A DNA stretch of 64,000 nucleotides, from the NCBI GenBank assembly GCA_030141605.1, contig JAQGDQ010000266.1, positions 1 through 64,000 on the forward strand, given 5' to 3'. This document shows positions 37,826 through 51,174 of this stretch, piece after piece (positions within the stretch are counted from its first letter, which is position 1; each line of letters opens with the position of its first letter). The stretch is from Tubiluchus corallicola. Taxonomy: Eukaryota > Animalia > Priapulida. The notes beneath the pieces are model-generated. The model ran no database searches. It saw only the letters and a list, made by a program, of their open reading frames with translations, and was not told where the DNA came from. The position numbers and the translations under genes were made by a program.

Positions 37826-38322
37826 TACTCGTTTAAACTTAGACACAAAACAGACCTACGTAAACTGTTAAGTGCTTACGTGTAGAGCTATGTATAATAG
37901 TTCTCTAGTAAAACTAGTTCCAAAATCGGAAAATATGAGAGTGAAAAATTGCGATGAAAATAAAAACTTACACGACCTCTTGCTATTGGTTTACAGAAAC
38001 AACAAGTAGCTTTGCACAACAATTTATTACAAGATCGTATTGCTTAATCAAAAGCGAATTTATGACGCACAGCCTATATATATATATAGTCAGTGAAAGA
38101 TAGTTAATAAACAAGAGACCTCCTTAAGTTAAATACATCATAGTTACATTATTTGCACATACATTATACATACATGAAGCACTGCTTGTCAAACTATACA
38201 TAAAAGACATAATAAAGTACATGTTCACTAGTAGAAAGAAGTTTTAGACTTAATAATAAATAACGTTTTGACACTTTACATTTGGGGCACTTACAGTACA
38301 CAACGTTACAGTTTTTCCTAAT

Positions 38323-38403
38323 AGTCCAGCGTCAATTACTCACTAATGAGTCCAGCGTCAATTACTCACTAATGAGTCCAGCGTCAATTACTCACTAATG
38401 AGT
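38323..38403. repeat. 26-bp tandem repeat x3
   Basis: AGTCCAGCGTCAATTACTCACTAATG repeated exactly. Confidence 0.9.
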
Positions 38404-39036
38404 TAGTGAGAGTCTAATGAGCTCATAATAGGTAAACCTTCCTAGCAGAACATTTCAGACCATTTCAAATTCGCACTGTTCATTTTTATGCAATTTTCCC
38501 TCGTCGTGTCTAGTTGTAGTTCGTTGATTAATCTACACGTTTAATGGTGTGAAACACACTGGCAATTCGACCCTTAGGCTGTGTGCTTTGGAGGCGTTTT
38601 TGTTATTTTTTTAAGCGTTCAGAATGTTAATCTGATTGTCATTGCTGCTGTATTGATTATCGACTATTTGTCTACTTTCACAGTTTGACAGTAGTGAAAA
38701 AACATGTCACAACATGCTCGTTTCAATACACACAAAACAGACCTAAACTGTTGATTGACTATGTGGAGACAATATAATTATAATAATCGTGTAGTAAACC
38801 AGTCCTAGAATCGTAAGAGGAACGTAAAAAAGTTAAAATAAGCAATTACAGAGTGGCAAAGAATCATTTTCTAGGTTATTAGGCTGCTACAAAAACAAAG
38901 GCTGAACCACAAAGCAATTTGTTACATGAATGTATTGCTTAAACAAAAGCAAATCTGCCACGCCCTGAAGATTTGCTGTTTCTCCCACAGCCCACAGTCT
39001 TGAGGCGTGATTGTCTTACGCATATTTTATGTACAG

Positions 39037-39233
39037 TTAAAAATAAAGTGCAATAATAGCCTTTATGGAGCTCTATAATAAGTATATTTTATATTTTATA
39101 CATTATACGTCGTAGCCATTTATTTGTATATAAGTAAAATAATAAGTAAATGACGTTACGTCCTAAAATGTTTAAAATATAGATTATACTTATTATAAAG
39201 CCCCATAAAGGCTATTATTGACTTTATTTTTAA
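39037..39233. mobile_element. ~197-bp MITE with ~50-bp imperfect TIRs, bounded by TTAA
   Basis: TTAAAAATAAAGTGCAATAATAGCCTTTATGG... / ...CCATAAAGGCTATTATTGACTTTATTTTTAA. Confidence 0.75.
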
Positions 39234-42085
39234 ATATATATATATAAAATATACATAAGTCAATGAAATAAGATTTGATAGAAATACCAATCTAAAATAC
39301 TAATTGATACGAATAAAAAAATAGTTGTTGAGTTGAGAAAGCAGAAATTTAATCGTAATATTTCGAACCCCCCCCCCCTTGGAGCTATGGGAAAAACATT
39401 TTAAAAACTATTCTTTCTAGTCAAGACTCGAGATAATAGATTTTAATGCACAAGCTATAAATTAATCTAAACCTATAATCTATAGAAAATAAATCAACAT
39501 TCTTGATATAATAGATGACTTACGTCTATTTGTACACTAAAACAATACTTAGTAATGATAATTTTTTGTGGAATGTTTAGTGATAATTAACTGCAACTCT
39601 ACAAAAACAAATTAACTGCAACTCTACAAAATCTTTATTGTTAATTGTAATCTATAGTAGATGATTTATTTGTACACTAGGATCATTTTTCGTGGAACGC
39701 TAAGTAATAATTCATTGTAACACTACGAAAGTATATTCACCACATAGAGACAGAATAATTCCCCATACGCAGAGAATACATATTTCTAAAACACAAAAAG
39801 ATCTTGATGCAGAAATAATACCTGGTATCACTTTAAGAAATATCATCTGATGTACCCTAAGTAATTTTTTCATGCTGAAAAAAGGAAAATTGATCAAGAT
39901 GGTTATGCAGGCATTATTTATCAAATACAGCCATTTCTACAAGTTGTTTGCAACCGTAATACTTAATGCTAGCTTTAGTTGTCTTACAGCTTTGTTCTGG
40001 ATTGGTAGCAACAGGCTTGATATACGACAGTATTTAAAAGTCCTGCAAAGGCAAAATAATATGGCTGCTCCTACAAAATTTGTGTTAATTTTCTTAATAA
40101 ATATCAGAAGTTATTTATAAACATTTTTTACCATTTTAGACGTCTTATAATATCTACATTTAGAGTTTGTTTAGTTCAGAAATGTTTGCACCTGCGTTAT
40201 AGTAGATTGACTTTAGACCTAGTTTAATAAAGTAAAACTTATTAAATGGCTCATGCAGAACTTCACAAACAGTAACGCTGGTGTGAACAAAGAATTTATG
40301 AAACAGAAAATTTAGAACACTTTCTTAGCAAATAAATTCTTATTGTTATAGAAAAGTTCAAAAAATATGAAACGCAGAAAATGTTAATTTTTATTAGGAG
40401 AGGACAACTGCATGGCGTTGCCATGGTTTCAGCAACGAGAGCTTATAACACTTAAAAGGACCATTTAGCTGTGTCTTTACCAAACAACATTTTATTGATG
40501 TTACTGACAATGTAAAGTAATTTAAACTTTTTCTCAGTTAGCAAAGAGTGTCCTACAAATGCTCTGATTATCTGACACTATCTAAACTTGTTTTAAACTA
40601 AAAATGACTGCGCCTAACAGTCATCACTGTGATAAAAATTTAAATTTACAAGTTTATACAGCGTTACTGCTAATACAAACTCTGTGGCAATAAGACAGTA
40701 AGTGATATAAAATATCAAGTTGATCAGTATTAATGAAATTAATTAATGCTTGATTTTTGGTAAAATTAAAGTCTGTTTTTGTTTAACGGTTTTGAAGTTA
40801 ATGATTTTTCTCAACCTTCGTACATTGTTTGACAAAAAACTCAAGTTTAAGTTTTAAGTTTAAGTGATTACATATAACTTTTTTTGGTAGTACAGCCTGC
40901 CACACCACACCACCCACCCTTGCTTCACCACACCACCCACCCTTGCCTCACCACCCACAAAAAACAACCCACTCCACATCATGTACACCTTACATGAAAC
41001 AAAAAAGATGTAAAGGATAGAAAGGGTTTGCTTCATTATTGCCCTGCACTTTCATGCTATTATTTTAATAATCCAAAGGTTACTGGTTCGAATACAGGCT
41101 AATGCCCGACTTTTTTACTTTACAATTTTCTTTGAAGTTTAATTGAAGTTTAACTGAATGAATTATCACAATTAATGAGTGAAAAAGGTAATAAATGATT
41201 TACTGTCATGGTGTCCAAGGGTACAGATACTTTTTCCATTGATCTCACCATGCCTTGTTATTTTGTAACTGTGTTTTGATTTCAATAAAATCGAAAGTTG
41301 ACATTTTTGACCAGACGGCTGTTGGTCTCAAGCTGTAAAAGACCGTCTCCATTATATCTGCTATGCATGAATATGAAACATTCATTTCAGTTTTCAGGCC
41401 CTAGAGAAAATTCACATGACCTATATTCAGCCACTCACTAAGCGTCGACCCCTCACGCTGCTGGAAGTCAATGTTCTTACGTAACAATGCAGTTTGCTCA
41501 GTAGCTAAGTCTCAAGCTCAGTAAACTTGATCATCTGTACCTTGGCACCTTCGGCACTAATAGTGTGGAAAAGTGTACCTTGCTATACTTCCAGAGTGAA
41601 CATGCTTACTAAACACAACAAAACCTTACCGATGGTAGTCCATGTTGTTGAGACAATATCTCCTGCCACTCATCGTCTGCTTTTGCTTAATGACAATATA
41701 CGCAGAAACTGTGACCCGAGTTCAACGTATTTAGCAAATAGGATAAAGCCTACTAAGTCTATGGACAAAGGCAACACATTGGGAAACTAGGTTTAATTAC
41801 TGATTGCGTTGTTCATTACAGAACTGTGGTAATTAGAGGGATTTGCTTAATTCTGTGACAAGCGTGGAATGTGTTATTGAACGTAAGACAGTTTAAAAGA
41901 AAACACGAATTTTTCCCCAGGGTAAAGCTGTTGGACGTGTATAGGCAACAAATCTATTTTTGCTCTACTTACAAAATTGGTCATCTGTCTATCACACAAA
42001 CTAGTCCACGTTTTCACTTTTTATTATCTGCTAAAAGTAATTAATTAAAACGTCTTTGTCTTCTAGTAAAATGTAAACAAATGCA

Positions 42086-42122
<37 letters not shown>

Positions 42123-42204
42123 ACAGTTTGTTAAATTTATTTTCTGATCTTTTTACCACCACTGCCGCCTCAACCACCGCCACTACTACTACTACTACTA
42201 CCAA

Positions 42205-42355
42205 TTTCTTTTCTACGGGTCTGCTTAATTATTACCGATTTGGCTTCTGTTAAATACATAATTAGTGCATAATTTACTGTATCAATTTCTTTTCTATGGG
42301 TCTGCTTAATCATTACCTATTTAGCTTGTTTGTAAATGCATAATTAGTGCATAAT
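42205..42355. repeat. Dispersed repeat made of two ~80-bp units
   Basis: Reverse-complement copy, also two units, at ~56288-56450. Confidence 0.75.
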
Positions 42356-42569
42356 ATTCTATACTGTAGGCTTTGCCTATATAAACTGTTTATTCTTGCT
42401 GTTTACTACATGATCATAATTATTACGTAAAATGAAAACAGAATTTATTCCATTTTTATCCCTAATGATCAAAGGCTTAACAAATATTATTAAAACACGT
42501 GGAGAAACCTGGGCTGGTTTCTTAATACTTGACCGTTTGCAAAATAGTTAATTCATATAAAGCAAAACC

Positions 42570-43161
42570 GCAGGATACAATCTTAAACCGTTGGTCTAGT
42601 TTTTAAAATATTCAAAAGATACATACAATGATGTCATCAAAAATGACTTACGTGAAAGAATTATTACCACACAAACACAATTTCGCGTTCGCGCCATTAG
42701 TTGTTCGCAGTTACTTTCACTTCGCCACAATTCTCCATTTCGGAAACGCATTGCACAAAAAACAGATGCTGTACCTCCCTGTTCAGATGTGTCAGTTTGT
42801 GACGAACTGCGCGTTTTCGACAGCTCATATGCGTGAGCACAGCGGTAAAATTGAAATTTGAATTTTTATCTTAAAACTTGCCTAGTTTTAGTACAGCATA
42901 CTAAATATCTTACAGTAGCACTGTACTTCAATTTTCGCGTTCGAAAGCACGTGCAACACGCTCGTAGAATATTTTTGCTGTTGAAAATTATGTTAGTTTG
43001 TGATGTCATCAATAGTTTGGCTCGCCCGCCGTTAATTAAGTTTTTAATCTATTATTTAATTATCAGAAACGCTTCTGCAGCATTAATTGTGTTAAAATGT
43101 ATGCTTTTTATCGGATTTGAAAATGGGGTAGTATATGAAAAATCATCCTTTCTTCCTTTAA
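42570..43161. mobile_element. Kolobok-like non-autonomous DNA element fragment
   Basis: Ends GAAAAATCATCCTTTCTTCCTTTAA; a homologous copy at ~53600-54197 has the same CCTTTAA end (RR terminus plus TTAA target). Confidence 0.6.
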
Positions 43162-43382
43162 TCTGAGCTCCCAGTGTTCCTAGTATTGTGTGATTCATTG
43201 TACTGTAACCACATTGAAGTATGTAAGTAACCTACGGTAAACGAGGGGGGGGGATAGCTGTAGTATGTGAGAGCGTTCATACAGTCTGTAACAAAACAGT
43301 CAGCTACATTAATGTTTCAGAATTTCGGCGCTGCTCTTTTGTAATGGAAAAGTTGAAATGCTGATCGTTGCTGTTAGTTTAA

Positions 43383-44105
<723 letters not shown>

Positions 44106-45338
44106 AAACATTCTCTCTGTTTAAGATCCTCACCACGACAGACTTTATACACTATTTACAAGAATATTTACAGTAAGAATAGACTATAACTACACAAGCT
44201 GACAAGTTTTACTGCAAGATTTCATTAGACATTAGTAGGAAAAGACGGTTAGAAAATATTAATATCTTCATAATGTAATGTGATTTTGACTATAGATGGC
44301 AGCACAGTACTCAGCTGGTTAAACTGATTTATGTACACAACAACATTATACATCTCACCAATTACTAAACAGCCAATTTCACCTACTGCGGCCTGTAATA
44401 AGCTGCTAATGCTGGAGAAACCGCTAGGTTTTGACAAATTAATCTACAAATAAAGAGTTCGCTTCTATGTTGATTTTTCTCTTCAGTCTTGAAAAGTCAG
44501 TTGCAAAATTTAACTTCTGGCTCTAACAAATACATTGATCAAGTTATGGCGAGCTGACACTGCACTGTATTTGTTTACTTTTAATTTTAAATAAAATTGT
44601 GTCGATGTGTTTTGTAAACTCTAGATTTTAGAAATACCTACTAGCTACATTCCTTTTCAATAAAGCATTATTTATAACATCCTTGGCTAAAACAAGAGAT
44701 ACGCACGACTGCAAGTAATGCGATTACACACTTGCATTGTTTTGTAACTCCCCTCTAGATGGCAGTCAAAAAATTGCTCAATCACCATAGCAACACCAAC
44801 TTTAGCAATACCCATTCCGGAAGTGTGATATTAGTTGCTGTTGCGTGAAATTTTACAGAATTTTTCTACAAATATCGTTAGCGCATATCTTTTTTATTTT
44901 AATTTCGCTGGTATATACATGGTTATATAACCAACGAGGCTACAGCTCCGACGACGGCACCATTCCCGACGATCTATAAGTCAAATGAAAGGTCTCCATC
45001 CAAGGGTCGCACCTGGGGGTTTATTTTTCGAATCGGGCCCACCTTGAGGAACGGAGGCCGAAAAACCTCCAAAAATGGTCATTTTTGCCCATTTTTTGCA
45101 AAACTTATACCTCTTATTTCTAGTGATCCAGAACAGGCCGCAGGTTGTGCTGGTAATGATTGAATGGCTCATCCAATGATGGGTGTAATAGCCATATTTA
45201 AATTTCACAAGAGGGCCATCAGTGCTCGCTACAGGCATATTCCCGGACCCAACTCCCAATTTTTTCGAAATTTTGGCCAGATAGCCTGTAGAAAAAACGT
45301 TCTAGCGGCGCCTGGTGGGACTCTTGGAAGGAGATGAT

Positions 45339-46060
45339 GGCGCTATTACACTTTCGCACCGCCTAGCTTTTTATAGGTTATTACTCGTTTTTAGGCTCGT
45401 AAGTCATCATTCTATTATTCTTACGTCATCAGTGAATGTTTCCGCTAATCTAATTGTAATTTAATAATATATTTAGGTATAATTACCAATAATTACGCTG
45501 TATTCACAGTTCGACACAGTATCGCCATCTTGTTTGTGTGTGTGGTCACGTGACGAATTTCGTACTAGTTTATGCATTATCAGGGCCTAGCTTAAAAGGC
45601 ACGTGACACACTTCCATCTTCACCGCATTTACGAAATAAAGAAAAAACCTTTGCTTTTTTTATAATCTAATAGTAATAATACTACAGTAATAAATAAAAT
45701 TAATGATAAATAACTGTTCCGTTCCAGGCCCACCCGCGATACGATACAAACTCTCGTAGCTGCAACCCTAATAATCATAAATTATGCGAAGAAACTAAAA
45801 ATACAGGTTAAGGGCCAGCACGTCACTGCGCGAGAGCGATTGCGCATCAGTGATGTAAACACGGTTATTCACGTGCAGCTTTTAATGGCGGCTGTAGGTA
45901 AGTAATGCATGATTTTAATTTGGACTTATAAAGCGTACGCAGCAATAATATTATGGGAATATGGTGTATATTACGCCTGTTGGTCTGCTTTCTGGCCTGC
46001 AGGCGTGAAAACAACCAATAGGCCAGGAAAAGCTAGGCGGTGCGAAAGTGTAATAGCGCC
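45339..46060. mobile_element. Mutator/MULE-type non-autonomous element, 722 bp
   Basis: Perfect 33-bp TIR GGCGCTATTACACTTTCGCACCGCCTAGCTTTT and exact 9-bp TSD GGAGATGAT (45330-45338, 46061-46069). Confidence 0.9.
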
Positions 46061-46957
46061 GGAGATGATCAGCTCTTTAGAAAGAGAAAGAAGAACAGGG
46101 CTACACGGTGATGCGAGCTCCATTTTAGGACGCGTCCTTCCTGAGGAGCTGTGACGAGTTGGTTGGGGGTTCCATTTTGCACGATTTTCGCTTGGAAAAA
46201 TCCTTTATACTCTGCTTATAACCTTACAACTTTAATTCAGTAAAAGCTGCTGACTTTGCGTTATAAATGAGGACTATGTAGGATGTTTTAGCAATTCTAT
46301 TAGGTGTTCAGAAAGAATCACCCTAAAGCAAGGTCATCAACATGGATTCTGTCTGTCGTCTTATCACAGTTACGACTTGCATTGTGACTCCAGGCCAAGA
46401 AGTTCATAGACCTAATGCAACCTCAGAATACTTACTTAGTAAATCAGACTTTGGTGTTAAACTGAATGGATGTGATAAAAGAAGCTGGATTTACAAACCG
46501 AAGAGTAAGTTACGTTTTCCATGTTACTGCTGTGCGTATTGACTATGACTACAACCGCAAAGCCAAGATTCTTAACATTTGCTAAGCTGCTTGCGAAAAG
46601 TTTTTAATTAAAATGCAATAATTTATTCTACGTTTGTACACTTAAAGGTAAGATATTACATTCCATTCGTATTGCAATGCTAAAAATTATCTATTCGTGT
46701 TTCGGTATGTTGACTTGTTTACATTTTAAACAGACTTGTAGAATTTTGATAAAACATATAAACACAGTTTTATAAGTTTTTTATATACATATATATAGAT
46801 CGGTGTTTATATGTGGCAATTACGGTATATTTAAAAATCTTGGTAAAATTACAATGCTTACATTAATTTATGTACATTAGGTTATTTGTAGTATATACAT
46901 ACATATATTTACTATTGTATATAATGTCGTATTGTGTCTAATGACATATATATGTGT

Positions 46958-47018
<61 letters not shown>

Positions 47019-47510
47019 TATTTACTATTGCATATAATGTCGTATTACTAGAGGGCATCTCTAAATCAATTAAAATCACATTACGAGTGCATCAGTGGAG
47101 CTTTGATCCTTCTTACAGAAGGATATAAATATTTTCTCTTTACTGGATAAAGATTAGTGGTTCATTAGTAATGAGTTTGATCGTGGAGATCACTATTAGT
47201 CACCTTTAAGTTATTAAATTGGAGCTGTTTTTACAGGCGCCCTTAAAAGTTCCCTCAGAATTCATGTAAATCACATTATGAGTACACCAGTGAAACTCTA
47301 TACTTTACTAGATAAAAATCAGTGTATCTTAAATAATAAATTTTTTCACGGATGTCAAGGCTAGCTACTTGAATCATTTGATCGGAAAAAGATCCAATTT
47401 CTGATTAGCAGACATCACATGAGATCATCAATTTGCTGAATGTTTCTTGAATTTCTTTTCTGTGTTGCTTTTGGTTCTGGTCGGATAACTACCTTCCTTT
47501 GTAGACTTTG

Positions 47511-47607
47511 ATGAACAAAAGACTGCTAATTCTTCTATGGAGAGCCAATTCTTTTGTTCTTATGGGCACGATGTTTACTGGACTGTTTATAATAGCATCA
47601 CATTTTG
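47511..47607 (+). CDS. POMK-like kinase, first coding exon (type II signal anchor)
   Basis: MNKRLLILLWRANSFVLMGTMFTGLFIIASHF; donor G|GTAAGT, phase 1; upstream acceptor at 47504. Confidence 0.65.
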
Positions 47608-48620
47608 GTAAGTGAAAGTAAGCGTTAATAATAATATAACGGCAGCCCAAACCATTTCAAAGCTGCCAAAATGTGATCATATTACCCCAGTTCTCAAGAT
47701 GCTTGAGAATTTTTAAAAACTTGTCAATTTAAACTCCCGTGATGACCGTTAGATACAGCCATTTTGATGATAAGTTATTTGAAACAAGTTTAGATAACAT
47801 TGTGTAAAGTTTGAGAAAATAATCAGAGCATTCGTAGCACAGACGTTACTAACTAAGTAAAATTATAAATTACTGTATTTTGTCAATTAGATTAAAAAAA
47901 ATAATTTTTTTATTAGTGAGTGGTGCACCCTGGAGGTGAGTCAACCACATTTTTCCAATTGGTGAAAACATTTTACATAATTAATACTTTTCTTTTCTAG
48001 TTACGTAAGTCTTTGAAACAGGTAAGCGAAATACTAAGTAATGTATCTTTGCATGAAAAGTTTTTTGGGACATAGTTTAACATTTGCTTTTCTTCCCTGA
48101 TTTGAGTTGTGCGTATATGACGTCATGTAATGGCGCCATCGGAAGAATATTGCGAGAAATTTAAAATGAAAACAAACAAAAAAATTATTTTAACGCGAGT
48201 AAATGCTAAAAGCATAAAATTGCTATAAAGTAATATAGTTTTAGAAGGCGATTTACCTTTAAAGGTAAATTTAATGTAATTTAATAGTTATGCACCTCAG
48301 CGTCATGGTAATTAATCACTATTATAGCGATTACCTAAATAACTAATAACTTTAGGAAATGAAATGATATACATACATTATTAGCCTCAGATCATGAGCA
48401 ATTGTAGACTCATAAGTACAGTATCTTATAAACTCATTATAACACGTCTTAACTTCACAAAATTCAGAAGACTACTGACCTAAAGTAGACACAAGGCTGC
48501 CGAATTCAAGGGAAGCAAATATTGCCAAAATTTTAGCATAATTTATTATTCACTGAATTTATTTAAAATGATTTTAACTTATATTTGTCCTTTGGTTTTC
48601 AACGATCTGTTTTATTTCAG

Positions 48621-48764
48621 ATTCCTTAGATCGTCAGCATAGCCTTACGAAAGTAACCATTTATAAGGCAGCAAAGTTGGACTGTTCCAATGCAACATGC
48701 CAGAAGTCAGTTTCCGAAACCTCATACATTAAACCACCACGTTCACTGGTATCGGACAGAGCAG
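48621..48764 (+). CDS. POMK-like kinase, stem exon
   Basis: TTTATTTCAG acceptor and CAG|GTAGGA donor; 144 nt open in phase 1-1 (DSLDRQHSLTKV...DCSNATCQK...). Confidence 0.55.
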
Positions 48765-48994
48765 GTAGGACAGAGCTACGTGTTTGAAAAAGAAATCAAG
48801 ACATTAGCATAATTGTATGCAATGGCAAAGAATTTTTGCATAACGTTTAGCAAAAAAATTGAAAATGGAAAACGGTGAAGTAATATTTACTATTGTCGGA
48901 AATTTGAAATGTGCTCTATAATGGATAGGTACCAGTATAACTGCTCTAGTAAAACAATGATATAGTCATGCACCTCATGATCTAAGGAGAACAG

Positions 48995-49452
48995 TTTAGA
49001 ACGCTTACCCTCAATGCTTACACACCGAGATCGTTCGGATAAATAAGATGACACAAACCATAGAATATTGTAAAAAGGGATGGTCCTAGAACAGATTCCT
49101 GTGGCTCCCCTTCAGCCAATGGGAACGTTTAGAAGTCTTACCCTCAATGCTTACACACCGAGATCGTTCAGATAAGTGAGATGACACAAACCGTAGAATA
49201 TCGTAAAAAGGGATGGTCCTAGAAAGATCCTTGTGGCACCCTGTCAGCCAAGGGGAACGTTTAGAACGCTTACCCGCAATGCTTACACACCGAGATCGTT
49301 CAGATAAATAAGATGACACAAACCATAGAATATCGTAAAAAGGGAAAGTCTTAACACGAATCCTTGTGGCACCCCGTGAGCCAAGAACAATGTTTTAGAT
49401 GTATTACCCATAACGCTTACATACCGAGATTATTCAGATAGATAAGATGATA
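48995..49452 (-). repeat. ~132-bp tandem repeat (~3.4 copies) derived from CR1/L2 reverse-transcriptase sequence
   Basis: Units start at 48995, 49128 and 49260. The minus strand gives SSYLSERSRCVSI.GK.S... and GVPQGS.LGP.LF, the LINE RT motif. Confidence 0.85.
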
Positions 49453-49667
49453 AACTGTAGAGGACTTCCTTGAATGCCTAGTCTGGTTGATTCAACTGCA
49501 GTAATAAAACATTAATAGACGCTTTATCTAGACTATTAACAGCAAATCATTTTTGTTGTTGTGTGAAACAGTGAAAGATTAACATAACAATGCATCGTGT
49601 TTTGCTGCTTTGAAAATTAAAACAGATAGTAGGCTTAAATCTGAAGATATCATTTTTATATTTTTAG

Positions 49668-49849
49668 GCAAGGTTCATTGTTCATAGAGTTACGTGGCTA
49701 ATGCAACTGAATGTTTTTTGTTGTGTCGTCGAGGATATTTTTCATTGGCTAACATGACAAAGTGCCACAAGTTACTGAGATGCAACGAAATTTACCAAAT
49801 AATGGAAACGAAAACAAATTTTAAGACTTCACTAGGTCGTATTAAGAAG
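49668..49849 (+). CDS. POMK-like kinase, exon with Cys-rich pre-kinase segment and Gly loop (in-frame TAG at 49685-49687)
   Basis: CRRGYFSLANMTKCHKLLRCNEI...LGRIKK resembles POMK [23 protein letters not shown]...GAVKR; donor AAG|GTAAGT, phase 0. Confidence 0.8.
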
Positions 49850-50124
49850 GTAAGTAAATGAAAGAGTCCAGTCGATAGACTAGAATAAAAAAGCTAGCAA
49901 TTCAATTCAATTCCAATTCAGTTCAATTTTATTTTCTCAGTTAAAATTCGGCATAATTATTTTTACATTTTATGGCAAATGAAGAGCAGCAAAAGACCTA
50001 TTGGTCACTTGATCAGCTGCCCCTTATTAAAAATACAAGTTTACTTACAGGCTCAGGACATTTTTTAGGTGTTTATATATATATATATTATTATATAGTA
50101 TGTATATATATATATATATATATT

Positions 50125-50162
<38 letters not shown>

Positions 50163-51174
50163 AGCCTAGTTTCTATTGCATTATTGTGCTGCATCATCTG
50201 GAAATATTTAGTATATAGTTAAGTGATTCTCTTATAGCATTGTCACGTTGACATTTTCAAGATGGATGCCGGTCTCAATTTAATTACACCATAATAGACT
50301 AACTGTTTAGTTTCAAAGTTTAGCCTCAACACTGGAGCTAGCACTCAAAAAAGGTCTCACTTGTTGTAAGAAAACCGACATCGATTTCCTCAAAATGGAT
50401 ACCGATCATTGATTATTGTTCAACATTATCAAGTAATTACGCAATGGGAAGCCATACAGTATGTGTTGAAATGTCCATACAAGACGTCAGTGTTGTTCTG
50501 AACCCGAAAGCACGATCCGAACCGATCTTTTGATATTCCTCGAAACCGATAACACATTTCTCGAGAAAATCTATCGGAATTACACTGGGAGGCAGTAGCA
50601 GATGTGGTTGCCTAGAAGCAGTTTTCCTGATGGTTACTCATTTATTTGGCAACCAGGCTTAGTTTTGCTTAACTTTGGTCGTTAGAGCACCTACACTGCG
50701 ACTACAAGGCTGCTTAACTTAGAGTGAAGAAAGTCTTGCTGGGTGTTGTTATATATGAACTGAAATGCAGGCAGAGTCGCTTCCCTGGATATAAACAGGA
50801 AAGCTCAACTGATTATTTTCATATTGATTGCAATTTAGCAACCAATTAATCGACCTATTCATGTCTGATTAATAAATGTTTAGTTAGAATTTGATTTCAT
50901 CTTTTGCAATTATGATGCGACATCATAAAAACTTTTTAAAATTTGCTAATAGTTTTTATTTATTTTATTTATTTATTTACTATTAATTTTGAAGTGTAGT
51001 CAGGTAAGACTTTGTTTAGGTTCTTGCTGCATGTGGTGCCAAAATTATTTGTCGGCACTAAGAAACATACCATTCAAATTGATTTGTTGGTGCTTTTTAA
51101 GGTTGAAAATTTACTGCTCTTGCATCAAATACTGCAAATTTATTTCAAATACTGCAAATTTTGTTTTATTGCAG

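Noticed and set aside
48627-48641. Minus-strand YADDL, resembling an RT active site, downstream of the GVPQGS array
   Set aside because: It is too far from the GVPQGS motif, has no surrounding RT similarity, and lies in a well-formed plus-strand exon; probably chance.
50989-51174. Cys-rich N-terminus of ORF 50989..51957
   Set aside because: It is intronic read-through; POMK similarity starts at the acceptor at 51174 and continues in the upstream exon.
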